Shown: positions 9,841 to 19,219 of the stretch, piece by piece
Numbering within the stretch: the stretch's first letter is position 1
Layout: the number at the start of each line of letters is the position of its first letter
From: Octopus sinensis
Taxonomy: Eukaryota
Direction of reading: 5' to 3'
Assembly: GCF_006345805.1 (NCBI RefSeq)
Contig: NW_021823893.1
Location: 1 to 19,219, forward strand
DNA length: 19,219 bases
The notes under the pieces: generated by a model
What the model was told of the DNA's origin: nothing
What the model saw: only the letters and a program-made list of their open reading frames with translations
The model's database searches: none
Program-made: the position numbers and the translations under genes

Positions 9841-10757
9841 ATAGAAATAACAACCGAATCTCCCTCAAATCACATTATACTGTTTTATGTAAGCATCAGA
9901 TATATAAGGCTTATAAAGGGTACCTAGACCTGGTAGAAATGGCAGCCAAGTCTCCCTCAAATCATAGCCTACAGGCTTATGTATGAATATATATATATCT
10001 ATGAGTCAATATGGGGGGACCTCTACATGCTAGGAAGACCTGGTAGAAATAGCACCCCAATCACCCTCAAATCACATCTTTCTGTCTTGTGTATGTCTAT
10101 ATGTATGTATGGGCCAATGAGGGAGACCTGTACATGGTAGGAAGATCTGGTAGAAATAGCAGCCAAGTCTCCCTCAAATCACACCCTTCTGTCTTACATA
10201 TGCATATGTATGTATGACCCAATGAGGGAGACCTCTATGTGGTACGAAGAACCGGTAGAAATAACAGCCAAATCTCCCTCAAATCACACCCTTCTGTATT
10301 ACGTATGTATGAGCCAATGAGGGAGACCTCTACGTGGTAAGAAGACCTGGTAGAAATAGCAGCCAAATCACCCTCATATCACACCCTTCTATTTTATGTA
10401 TGTATGAGCCAATGAAAGAGACCTCTACATGGTAGGAAAGCCTGGTAGAAATAGCAGCCAAATCTCACTCAAATCACACCCATCTGTCTTACATATATAT
10501 ATGTATGTATGACCCAATGAGGGAGACCTCTACATGGTACAAAGACCTGGTAGAAATAGCAGCCAAATCACCCTCATATCACACCCTTCTATCTTATGTA
10601 TGTATGACCCAATGAGGGAGACCTCTACGTGGTACGAAGACCTGGTAGAAATAGCAGCCAAATCACCCTCATATCACACCCTTCTATCTTATGTATGTAT
10701 GAGCCAATGAAGGAGACCTCTACGTGGTAGCACGACTTGTTAGAAATAGCAGCCAAA
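9841..10757 (-). repeat. Satellite F array, right arm, inverted (~10 units)
   Basis: Repeated CCAATGAGGGAGACCTCTAC(A/G)TGGTA...GACCTGGTAGAAATAGCAGCCAAATC(T/A)CCCTCA(A/T)ATCACACCC, the reverse complement of the left-arm unit. Confidence 0.95.
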
Positions 10758-10846
10758 AATTCTTTCGGCACAGAAAGCAATGTAGATTTTGATACAAAAC
10801 ATCTAAAAAAAAGGTAAAATGAAAAGAAAACAAAGAAAAAAAAAAC

Positions 10847-10937
10847 AAATGACAGGATGGTCATGGATGGAACACCTTCGATCATAAGATCTGGCTGATC
10901 AAGACTGACCTAGTTTTACACAACAACAACAACAACA
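10847..10937 (+). mobile_element. Short interspersed fragment G ending in an (AAC)n tail
   Basis: AAATGACAGGATGGTCATGGATGGAACAC...GACTGACCTAG aligns with 14262-14347. Confidence 0.5.
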
Positions 10938-10939
10938 GC

Positions 10940-11351
10940 GCTACCACCACCACCGCCATCATCACTGACATCATTATGATGATCAGCATTATCATCATCG
11001 TCATCATCGTCATCATCATCACTTCTATCACCCCCCCCCCCCCGATCCCACCATACTGCAGCTTCTGTGAAAATGGTGCAGAGGTGGAAGAGAGAGATTT
11101 TTCGTGAACAGCCGGAGTAATTGACCAGATAAAACTATGATTAGTTTATGCTGGCCCCTTTTTACTGTATATGTGTGTGAGAGACAGAGAGAGTGTGTGT
11201 GTGTGTGTAAGAGAGAGAAAGAGTGTGTGTATGCGTTCGTTTTGTATTTTTGCATGTATGCATATGTGTACGTGTTTATATATGTAGATAGACAGACAGA
11301 CAGACAGCTAGATAGATAGATAGATAGATATAGATAGATAGATAGATAGAT

Positions 11352-11386
<35 letters not shown>

Positions 11387-12460
11387 CAGACAGACAAATA
11401 GATAGATAGATATATAGATAGATGGATAGAGAAAGATATAATTACATATGTATATATATATATATATGATAAATACATAGAAAGATAGGTGTGTATATAT
11501 ATATATATATAGTTATATATTATGCATATATAGTTATATATGCATAGACACACACACATATATATATATACACAATATACACACACACATACATATATAC
11601 ATGCAAATATATACATATGTATATAACAGGCATTATATAACATGTATATATACGCATATATTTACACACAAACACATATATATTTATATATATAATATAT
11701 ATGATGATGATATGATATATATATATATATAATATATATATATATTAAATATATTATATAATATATATATATATATATTATATACTCTCATTCAAGAGGC
11801 ATGTAAGCATGTGATTTAATAGCAAACAACCAGCATTTTAAAACATAGTGTGTGTGTGTGTGTGTGTTTGTGTGGTGTGTGTAACAAGATATATATCATC
11901 ATCATCAACATCAGCAGCAACAGCAACAGTAACTTCATGACTACCCCGCCATCACCAAATCTGTTGAGGTTCGTTTCGGGACCCCTGGCACACCACCTCT
12001 GCCACTACTCCCCCCCCCACTTCATTTTCCAACCCACCCCCACTCCTACCTGCAAGTGATTATCACCAAACTTTCAACACAGAATCAATACCATCTTCTG
12101 CACCTCCATCCACCATCACCATCATCATTATCATCACAACCAGCAGACATGACCATCACCACAGACATGACCACTACCATCACTGTCATCATCAACAGCA
12201 TTAACGCTACCACATCCACATCCACCACCACCATCATCATCATCATCACAATCATCACCACCATCACCACCACAACTATCACCCTCGCCTCCACCATAAT
12301 CATCATCACCCCCACCACCGCTACCACTATCATCATCATCATTACAATCATTGTCACCAACACCACCATCATCATCATCAACAGTAGCAGCACCATTATC
12401 ATTGCCAATACCATCACCACTACTACCATAACCACCAGTACCACCACCACCCCTAAATTA
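10940..12460. repeat. Compound microsatellite region: (ATC)n, (GT/GA)n, (GATA)n at 11290-11440, (AT)n, (CAT/CAC)n
   Basis: Directly visible, with short unique islands at 11040-11165 and 11940-12060. Confidence 0.9.
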
Positions 12461-12590
12461 TACACCTCCTGACACACACAAGTAATCCTTCATTCCCTGT
12501 CCCACATTGGAGATACCGGTTTCCACTCTGAATATCTCGGGAATTTGATCTATTGACTGGATAGCATTATCAATGCTTTATTGTATAACT

Positions 12591-12790
12591 AGGAGCAAGC
12601 ACTGCTGTGTGGTTAAGGAGTTTGCTTTCCGAACCTGTGGTTTCAGGTTCTGTCCCACTGCATGGCACCTCAAGCAACTACTTTTTCTACAGTCATAGAC
12701 TGTGGACCAAAACCTTGTGAGAGGAAATGGTACACAGAAACTGAAAGAAGGCCAACACACACAAACACACACACAGACACACACACACAC
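12591..12790 (+). mobile_element. SINE family A, diverged 5' half
   Basis: GCTGTGTGGTTAAGGAG...GGTTCTGTCCCACTGCATGGCACC...CCAAAACCTTGTGAG...GAAACTGAAAGAAG, ending in (AC)n at the site of the internal microsatellite. Confidence 0.8.
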
Positions 12791-12982
12791 ATGGATGCAT
12801 ATTAATAAATATTAGTGAGAGAAGTATTAATAAAGGTAAAGTTTATCCCCACTTAAACATGGATGTTCTGTTGGAACAAACAATACTGCGGTAGATATCA
12901 CGAGAGAAACCCTTATATAGGCTTTTTGGAGGAAAATGCACTGCTGTTTATATTGCTAGCAGGGAGATAAATCCCAACCAAC

Positions 12983-13055
12983 TCCAGTACTGAGACCACC
13001 AGATCATGTGGTTTCAACCTTCCTTGATCTCATCAGTGATGGACACTCGACTGCC
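12983..13055 (-). ncRNA. Type I hammerhead ribozyme, copy 1
   Basis: Minus strand: UCCAUCA-CUGAUGA-GAUC-AAGGAA-GGUU-GAAA-CCAC-AUGAUCUG-GUGG-UC. Predicted cleavage is between 12994 and 12993. A 7-nt insertion relative to copy 2 follows the cleavage site and disturbs stem I. Confidence 0.7.
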
Positions 13056-13323
13056 TGAGATAGCAGTGACTCATCTCCCAACCAGTGGTATGCAGAAAAT
13101 CTATGCCTGAAGACATACTGGTGTTGTGATTAGCCAATGAGCTTGTCAAAGTATATATACATTAGCGACAGAGGCAGTAATAATACAATGAAGTACTAAT
13201 TAAATGTGATCATTTTGTTAAAATAAATTATACTGCAATAGATACCATGAAAGAAACGCTCATATTGGCTTTGGTGCAAAATGCACTGTTGTTTATATTG
13301 CTAGCAGGCAGATAAATCCTCAC

Positions 13324-13391
13324 CAGCTCCAGACCAACAGATCATGTGGTTTCAACCTACCTTGGTCTCATCAGAGATGGATGTTCAACTG
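13324..13391 (-). ncRNA. Type I hammerhead ribozyme, copy 2
   Basis: Minus strand: CAGUU-GAACAUCCAUCU-CUGAUGA-GACC-AAGGUA-GGUU-GAAA-CCAC-AUGAUCUG-UUGG-UC-UGG-AGCUG. Predicted cleavage is between 13332 and 13331. Distal stem I is CAGUU/AGCUG, with a U-U mismatch at the first stem I pair. Confidence 0.72.
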
Positions 13392-13621
13392 TTAGAGACA
13401 GCAGCAACTCATCTCTCTGCCAGCTATATATAGCAAAAAACAGTGCTAAAATAGGCACTGGTGTCGCAATTACTCAATGAGCTTCAGAAAATATATACCT
13501 AAGAGCATTACAAGGCAAAAATAACACTAAAATAGCTATCCTAAGTTGTTAGAAACAACAGCTAAATGTCTTTAAAATTACATTCTAGTACCATCTTAAG
13601 GGAAGGCAAACTTAAATAATT

Positions 13622-14224
13622 AAGGCAGTGAGCTGGCAGAATCGTTAGCATGCTGGGCAAAATGCTGAGCAGTATTTCGTCTGCCGCTACGTTCTGAGTT
13701 CAAATTCCACCGAGGTCGACTTTGCCTTTCATCCTTTCGGGGTCAATAAATTAAGTACCAGTTACACACTGGGGTCGAGGTAATCAACTTAATCCGTGTG
13801 TCTGTCCCTGTTTGTCCTCTCTGTGTTTAGCCCCTTGTGGGTAATAAAGAAACAAGTATTTTGTCTGCCTCTACGTTCTGAGTTCAAATTCCACTGAGGT
13901 CAACTTTGCCTTTCATCCTTTCGGGGTCGATAAATTAAGTACCAGTTATGCACTGGGGTCGAGGTAATCAACTTAATCCGTGTGTCTGTCCCTGTTTGTC
14001 CTCTCTGGGTTTAGCCCCTTGTGGGTAATAAAGAAACAAGTATTTTGTCTGCCTCTATGTTCTGAGTTCAAATTCTGCCGAGGTCGACTTTGCCTTTCAT
14101 CCTTTCGGGGTCGATAAATTAAGTACCAGTTACGCACTGGAGTCAATGTAATTGACTTAATCCCTTTGTCTGTCCTTGTTTGTCTCCTCTATGTTTAGCC
14201 CCTTGTGGGCAATAAAGGAATAAA
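13622..14224 (+). mobile_element. SINE family B: one tRNA-like head plus three tandem 184-bp bodies
   Basis: Head is AAGGCAGTGAGCTGGCAGAATCGTTAGC (A-box-like). Units start GTATTT at 13672, 13856 and 14040, each with the B box GAGTTCAAATTC. Confidence 0.9.
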
Positions 14225-14261
14225 AAAACTTAAACAATGAAGTCGCATTAATACTGTAGCT

Positions 14262-14347
14262 AAAATGACAAGATGATCACAGCTGGAACACGTCTGGTCA
14301 TAAATGCGGTCAAAGAGGACTGACCTAGGGTCAAAAGAAAACAACAG
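14262..14347 (+). mobile_element. Second, diverged fragment G
   Basis: AAAATGACAAGATGATCACAGCTGGAACAC...GACTGACCTAGGG...AAAACAACAG aligns with 10847-10937. Confidence 0.45.
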
Positions 14348-14529
14348 CGAGGTACACTATATCATAGACAATATCGTTGCCTGATCTGCCCAGAAACAAA
14401 GAAGGGCCAGCCATGACTAATACTGTCTCATTCATATAATTATTGCTAAGATACGAGTTTTAATATTCACTGAAGGAAATATGTTAACACCAACCGACAA
14501 ACAGCCTCTCCATCCAGTACCATCTGCTT

Positions 14530-14530
14530 A

Positions 14531-14577
<47 letters not shown>

Positions 14578-14787
14578 TTATCTCTCTCTCTCTCACTCTA
14601 TCTACCTATCTATGTATCAGTCTGTCTGTCTGTTTATCAATCTACACAAGTAGGGATATGTGTATATATATATATATTATATATATATATTATATATATA
14701 GTAATATGCATATAAGGAGAGAGAGAGAGAAAAACAGACAAACAGATAGATAGATGGACAGATAGTCAAACCAACAGATCATTATAC

Positions 14788-14827
<40 letters not shown>

Positions 14828-15020
14828 GAGAGGAGAGAGAGAGAGAGAGGCAGACAGAGATGGATAGATAGATAGATAGATAGATGAATAGATGGACAGA
14901 CAGACACATAGAGACAGAGAGATAGATTGATAGATAGATAGATAGGCAGATAGATAGAGAGACAGAGGGATAGATAGATAGAGAGTGATAGATACAACAT
15001 ACATACATACATACATATAT
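14530..15020. repeat. (CTAT)n, (AT)n, (GA)n and (GATA)n compound microsatellite
   Basis: Directly visible. Confidence 0.95.
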
Positions 15021-15360
15021 AAAAACAAACTCTTAAGAGCCTGGAGGTGACCGGCAACAGCTAAAAACCCTAATTATTGGTTTAACGATAAAATTATTTC
15101 TGATGGGGTGACATTATGAAGGGAATTTTCTGACACACTGAAGAGGGTTCTGTCCTTCATTCAAAGAAAGATGTACTAACATCATTCATTGACTCCAATA
15201 AGGCACTTAATCTGAAACATTGGGAATTACCCTCACCTTACGGTGTCATACAGAATCAAAAAAATTTCACTTTTGTACTAATTTAATACTAACAAGTGTA
15301 CATACAATGTGTGCATGTATACCTATCTCTTTCTATATATACATATATATACATCATATA

Positions 15361-15658
15361 CATCATCATCATCACGTGACCGACCAGTCCATCAGATGTA
15401 GTTACACATCGCTGGTCACAATGCGTTCGCATTGTTTTAGCCTTCGAACGACGCCACCCCGCTGGCTAAGCGAGCAGGCCAACAGAAGAAAGAGTGGTGA
15501 AAGAGTACAGCAGGGATCACCACCCCCTGCCGGAGCCTCGTGGAGCTTTTAGGTGTTTTCGCTCAATAAACACTCACAACGCCCGGTCTGGGAATCGAAA
15601 CCGCGATCCTACAACCGCAAGTCTGCTGCCCTAACCACTAGGCCATTGCGCCTCCACA
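15361..15658 (-). mobile_element. tRNA-derived SINE family D, apparently full length, with (GAT)n tail
   Basis: Minus strand: TGTGGAGGCGCAATGGCCTAGTGGTTAGGGCAG (A box)...GGTTTCGATTCCC (B box), a ~220-bp body, ending TCACGTGATGATGATGATG. Confidence 0.88.
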
Positions 15659-15720
15659 TATATATACATACATACATAATATATATACTATGCATGTATG
15701 CATGTGTATATATGAGTAGT

Positions 15721-16314
15721 GCCCCCTGACAGGATCCCATGTCGCTGGCACGTAAAAAGCACCATCCGAATGTGGCTGATGCCAGATCCGCCTCACTGCC
15801 TCCTGTGTCGGTGGCACGTAAAAACCACCAACCAACTGTCGTTGATGCCAGTACCCCCTACTGTCTCTTGTGCCAGTGGTGAGTAGAAAGCACTATCCGA
15901 ACATGATCAATGCCAGGTCCGCCTGACTAGCTCCTGTGTCGGTGGAACGTAAAAACCACCATCCGAATGCGATTGTTGTTAGTGCCCCTTGAATGGCTCT
16001 TGTGCCAGTGGCATGTAAAGAGCAACATCCGAACGTGGTCACCGACGGTACTGCCTGACTGGCTCCCGTGTCAGTGGCATGTGAAAAGCACTATCTGAAC
16101 ATGATCAATCCCAGGCCCACCTGACTGGCTCCTGTGCCAGTAGCACGTAAAAAGCACCCACTACCCTCTTGGAGTGGTTGGCGTTAGGAAGGGCATCGAG
16201 TTGTAGAAACATTGCCTGACCAGATTGGAGTCTGGTGCAGGTGCTGGCTCTCCAGACCTCAGTCAAACCATCCAGCCCATGCCAGCATAGAAAGTGGACA
16301 TTAAACGATGATGA

Positions 16315-16320
<6 letters not shown>
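15721..16320 (+). mobile_element. Element E with 7 internal ~65-bp units and (GAT)n tail
   Basis: Seven GTG(C/T)C(A/G)GTGGCACGTAAAAA-type units, then GAGTGGTTGGCGTTAGGAAGGGCATC...GGACATTAAACGATGATGATGAT. Confidence 0.9.
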
Positions 16321-16361
<41 letters not shown>

Positions 16362-16475
16362 CATGCATACGCACTATTTATGTATATATATATCATTGTA
16401 ATTCTTTAATGTTCATCTTCTATGCTGATATGGGTTGGTATGTACACATAAATTTAACATATACACACATGATAT

Positions 16476-16515
<40 letters not shown>

Positions 16516-17200
16516 TTGCATATGTAATATGCATGTGTGTATGCATATGTTTGTGTGTGCACAGGTGAGTGTGTCTGTGTGTGTGTTAACACATATGTGG
16601 TATATAATGTGTGTGTAAAATAAATATGAGTATATATTTACATATATATTTGTGCGTGCGTGTGTGTGTATAAAATATAGATACATACACATATATGTGT
16701 ATATATAGATGTATTACAAACACACACTAGTGTGTGTGTTCCTAATATATATATATATATACTTATATTGGAGTGTATTAATATAGGTGAGTGTGTGTGT
16801 GTGTGTATAAGTGGACAGTGATGTCAATAAAGACTGCAGATGTCCATCCAACCGTCCAGTACTGGCTAAATTGAAAACACTTCTATATATTTTTGACAGT
16901 TTCTATCAGTGGTTATGTTGGTGGTGGAGGGGGTGGGTATGGCGGGCAATAATAATGGTGTCAGTGCTGGTGGTGGTGGTGTTGGTTGTGGTGGGAGTAA
17001 TAACGTTGATGGTAATGTTGGTAGTTTTGCAGGTGGTTATTGTAGTGGTGGTGGTGATGGCCGTGGTGAGAGTAGTTATAGTGTTGGTGGTTGTGATGGT
17101 GGAGATATTGACAGTGGCTGTAATAATGATGGTGGTGGTGGTAGTAGTGGTGTTGGTGGTGAATTTTGTTGTGGCAGGTGTTGTTGCTGTAGTGCAAGCC
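16321..17200. repeat. (AT/GT)n, then (GGT/GTT/GAT)n microsatellites, with a short unique island at 16811-16910
   Basis: Directly visible. Confidence 0.9.
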
Positions 17201-17202
17201 AG

Positions 17203-18333
17203 TAGGGTTTGATCTGAAGGAGATTTGGTTGCTATTTCTAACAGGTCTAGCTACCATGTGGAGATCTTCCTTGTTGGCTCAAGACAGCAAGGTGTGATTT
17301 GAGAGAAATTTGGCTGCTATTTCTAGTAGGTCTAGCTACAATGCAAAGCTTGCCTTCATTAGCTCATACATACATAAGACTGCTGGGTGTGTTTAAGGGA
17401 GATTTAGTCGCTATTTCTAACAGGTCTACCTACTCATTGACTCATATATACATTTATACATATACAAGACGGTCAGATGAGATTTGAGGGAGATTTAGCT
17501 GTTATTTCTACCTGGTTTAGCTAACATGTAGAGGTCTCCCGCAATGGCTAATACATAAGAGAGTACGTTGTAATTTAAGGGAGATTTGGCTGCTATTTCT
17601 CCCAGGTCTATCTATCATTTACAGATCTCTCTCATTGGCTCATACATACATATACACAGGCATAAAACAGTAGGGTTTGATTTGAGGAACATTTGGCTGC
17701 TATTCCTAACAAACCTATTTACCATTTAGAGGTCTCCCTCATTGGCTCATACATTTATACATACATGAGATTGTAGGATATGATCTGAGGGAGATTAGGC
17801 TACCATTTCTACCAGGTCTAGTTATCATGTTGAGGTCTCTCTCTACACATACATAAAACAGTAGGATGTGATTTGAGGGAGATTTGGCTGCTATTTCTAC
17901 CAGGTCTGGCTACTACATAGAGGGCTCCCTCATTGGCTCATACATACATATATACATACTTAAAGCAGTAGGGTGTGATCTAAGGGCGATTTGGCTGCTA
18001 TTTCTAACAGACCTATCTACCACATAGAGGTCTCCTTCATTGGCTCACACATACACATATACACTTCTGATTTAAGGAAGATTTAGCTTCTATTTCTAAC
18101 AGACCTATGTCCCTCATTGGCTCATACATGCAATTATACATACATAAGACAATAGGGTGTGATCTGAGGGAGATTTAGCTGCTATTTCTATCAGATTTAA
18201 TCACCAAACAGAAGTCTCCCTGATTGGTTCATACGTCCATATATACATACATAAGACAGTAGGGTGTGATATAAGGGAGATTTAGCTGCTATTTCTTACA
18301 GACCCAGCTACCACATAGAGGTCTTCCTTGCTG
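17203..18333 (+). repeat. Satellite F array (~12 diverged units)
   Basis: About twelve GAGATTT(G/A)GCTGCTATTTCT cores with variable (CATA)n linkers. Confidence 0.95.
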
Positions 18334-18421
18334 GTCTTGACATAGAACTGCGATACGCTGAAGGGTAGCATGGCGCATTGTAATAACTAGTGCACCCCCC
18401 ACCCGAACCAACAACCCTTCT

Positions 18422-18455
<34 letters not shown>

Positions 18456-18477
18456 TAAGCTGCTACCTATCGCCAAT

Positions 18478-19219
18478 AGCAACGAGTGGTGATGATGATG
18501 GTGGTGGTGGTGGCGCAGGTGGTAGTAGTTGTAGTAGTGGTAGTGATGGTGGTGGTGGTTGCTGTGGTGTTAACAATGATGGTGCAAGTGGTTGTCTTGG
18601 TGGTTGTGGTGGTAGTGGTGATGGTGGTGGTAGTGGTGGTTGCAGTGTTGGTAGTGACAGTGGTGTTTATGTACACTGTGGTAGTGTTTGCAATGATGAT
18701 GATTGTAGAGGTGGTGGTGGAAGTGGTGGTGGTTGTGATGATGGTAGCAGTAGTAGTGGTGGTGGTAGTGGTGGCGGTGGTAGAGGTGATTATGGGTGTG
18801 GTGGTAGGATAATAGCAGTAGTAGTGGTGGTAGTCATAGTGCTGCTAGTGGTGGTGGTAGTTCTGGTGGTGGTGGTGGTGTGGTGGTGGTGGTGTGGTGG
18901 TGGTGTGGTGGTGGTAGTGCTGGTGGTGGTAGTAGTAGTGGTGATGGCAGTGTTTCTGTACAAAGTGGTAGCAGTTGTAATGCTGATGGTGGTGGTGCTG
19001 GTGGTTGTAGAGGTGGTGGTGTATATAGTGGTAGCGATTATGATGATGATGATGGTGGTGGCAGTGGTGGTTGTAGTTGCAATGGTGATGGCAGTGCTTA
19101 TACACATACTAGTTGTTGTGGTGGTGGTGGTGGTAGCGTTTGTATAGCTCCACAGCAGTGATGGACATGGTGTTAGTGGTGGTGGTGATGGTGGTGGTGG
19201 TGGTAGTGGTGGTGGTGGT
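18478..19219. repeat. (GGT/GAT/AGT)n microsatellite running to the window end
   Basis: Directly visible. It is the source of the poly-V/T/H/G ORFs. Confidence 0.95.

Larger units (their letters stand above)
12850..13535 (-). mobile_element. Tandem dimer of a ~340-bp hammerhead-bearing unit (retrozyme-like or Penelope-like pseudo-LTR)
   Basis: Two diverged direct copies with period 338-347 bp. 12933-12974 vs 13278-13319 are 40/42 identical and the hammerhead cores are 40/43 identical. No ORF. Confidence 0.75.

Noticed and set aside
8829-10757. CRISPR-like repeat/spacer appearance of satellite F and of 2235-2850
   Set aside because: The spacers are low-complexity and related to each other, the repeats are too long and degenerate, there are no cas genes, and the context is eukaryotic.
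11055-11125. Short plus-strand exon-like stretch (FCENGAEVEERDFREQP)
   Set aside because: Weak splice signals, very short, and no recognisable homology.
12480-12570. Unique stretch with a short minus-strand open frame (DQIPEIFRVETGISNVGQGMKDY)
   Set aside because: About 30 codons, no convincing splice pair and no recognisable family.
15138-15170. CTGAAGA-GGG...TCC as a third hammerhead
   Set aside because: GAAA does not directly follow the putative stem II, and there is no stem III or cleavage triplet.
15580-15658. Possible tRNA gene (also the heads of SINEs A, B and C)
   Set aside because: A and B boxes are present, but each head continues into a repeated SINE body and tail, and I could not fold a clean cloverleaf.
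16175-16215. GGTTGGCGTTAGGAAGGGCATC motif of element E as an HDV-like ribozyme
   Set aside because: It resembles motifs I recall from RTE-related elements, but I could not build the nested double pseudoknot by eye. A descriptor search would be needed.

Overview
Eukaryotic non-coding DNA (intronic or intergenic), almost entirely repeats. The very high density of (AT)n/(GT)n/(GAT)n/(GGT)n/(GATA)n microsatellites and the SINE families strongly resemble an Octopus (cephalopod) genome; this is recognition from memory, not a database result. No supplied ORF is a credible protein: nearly all are translations of simple repeats or SINE bodies. The window holds at least four tRNA-headed SINE-like families (A-D), a non-LTR-type element with an internal ~65-bp VNTR and (GAT)n tail (E), a TTAA-flanked MITE, several minisatellites, and a ~95-bp satellite (F) forming a ~2.3-kb head-to-head inverted array. 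The standout is at about 12850-13535: a diverged ~340-bp tandem dimer in which each copy carries a type I hammerhead ribozyme core on the minus strand (CUGAUGA-stem II-GAAA-stem III-GUC). This is the architecture of animal non-LTR retrozymes or Penelope-like-element pseudo-LTRs. A second, unrelated and degenerate minimal hammerhead-like motif lies at 6841-6875 (-). Family labels A-G are my own working names.
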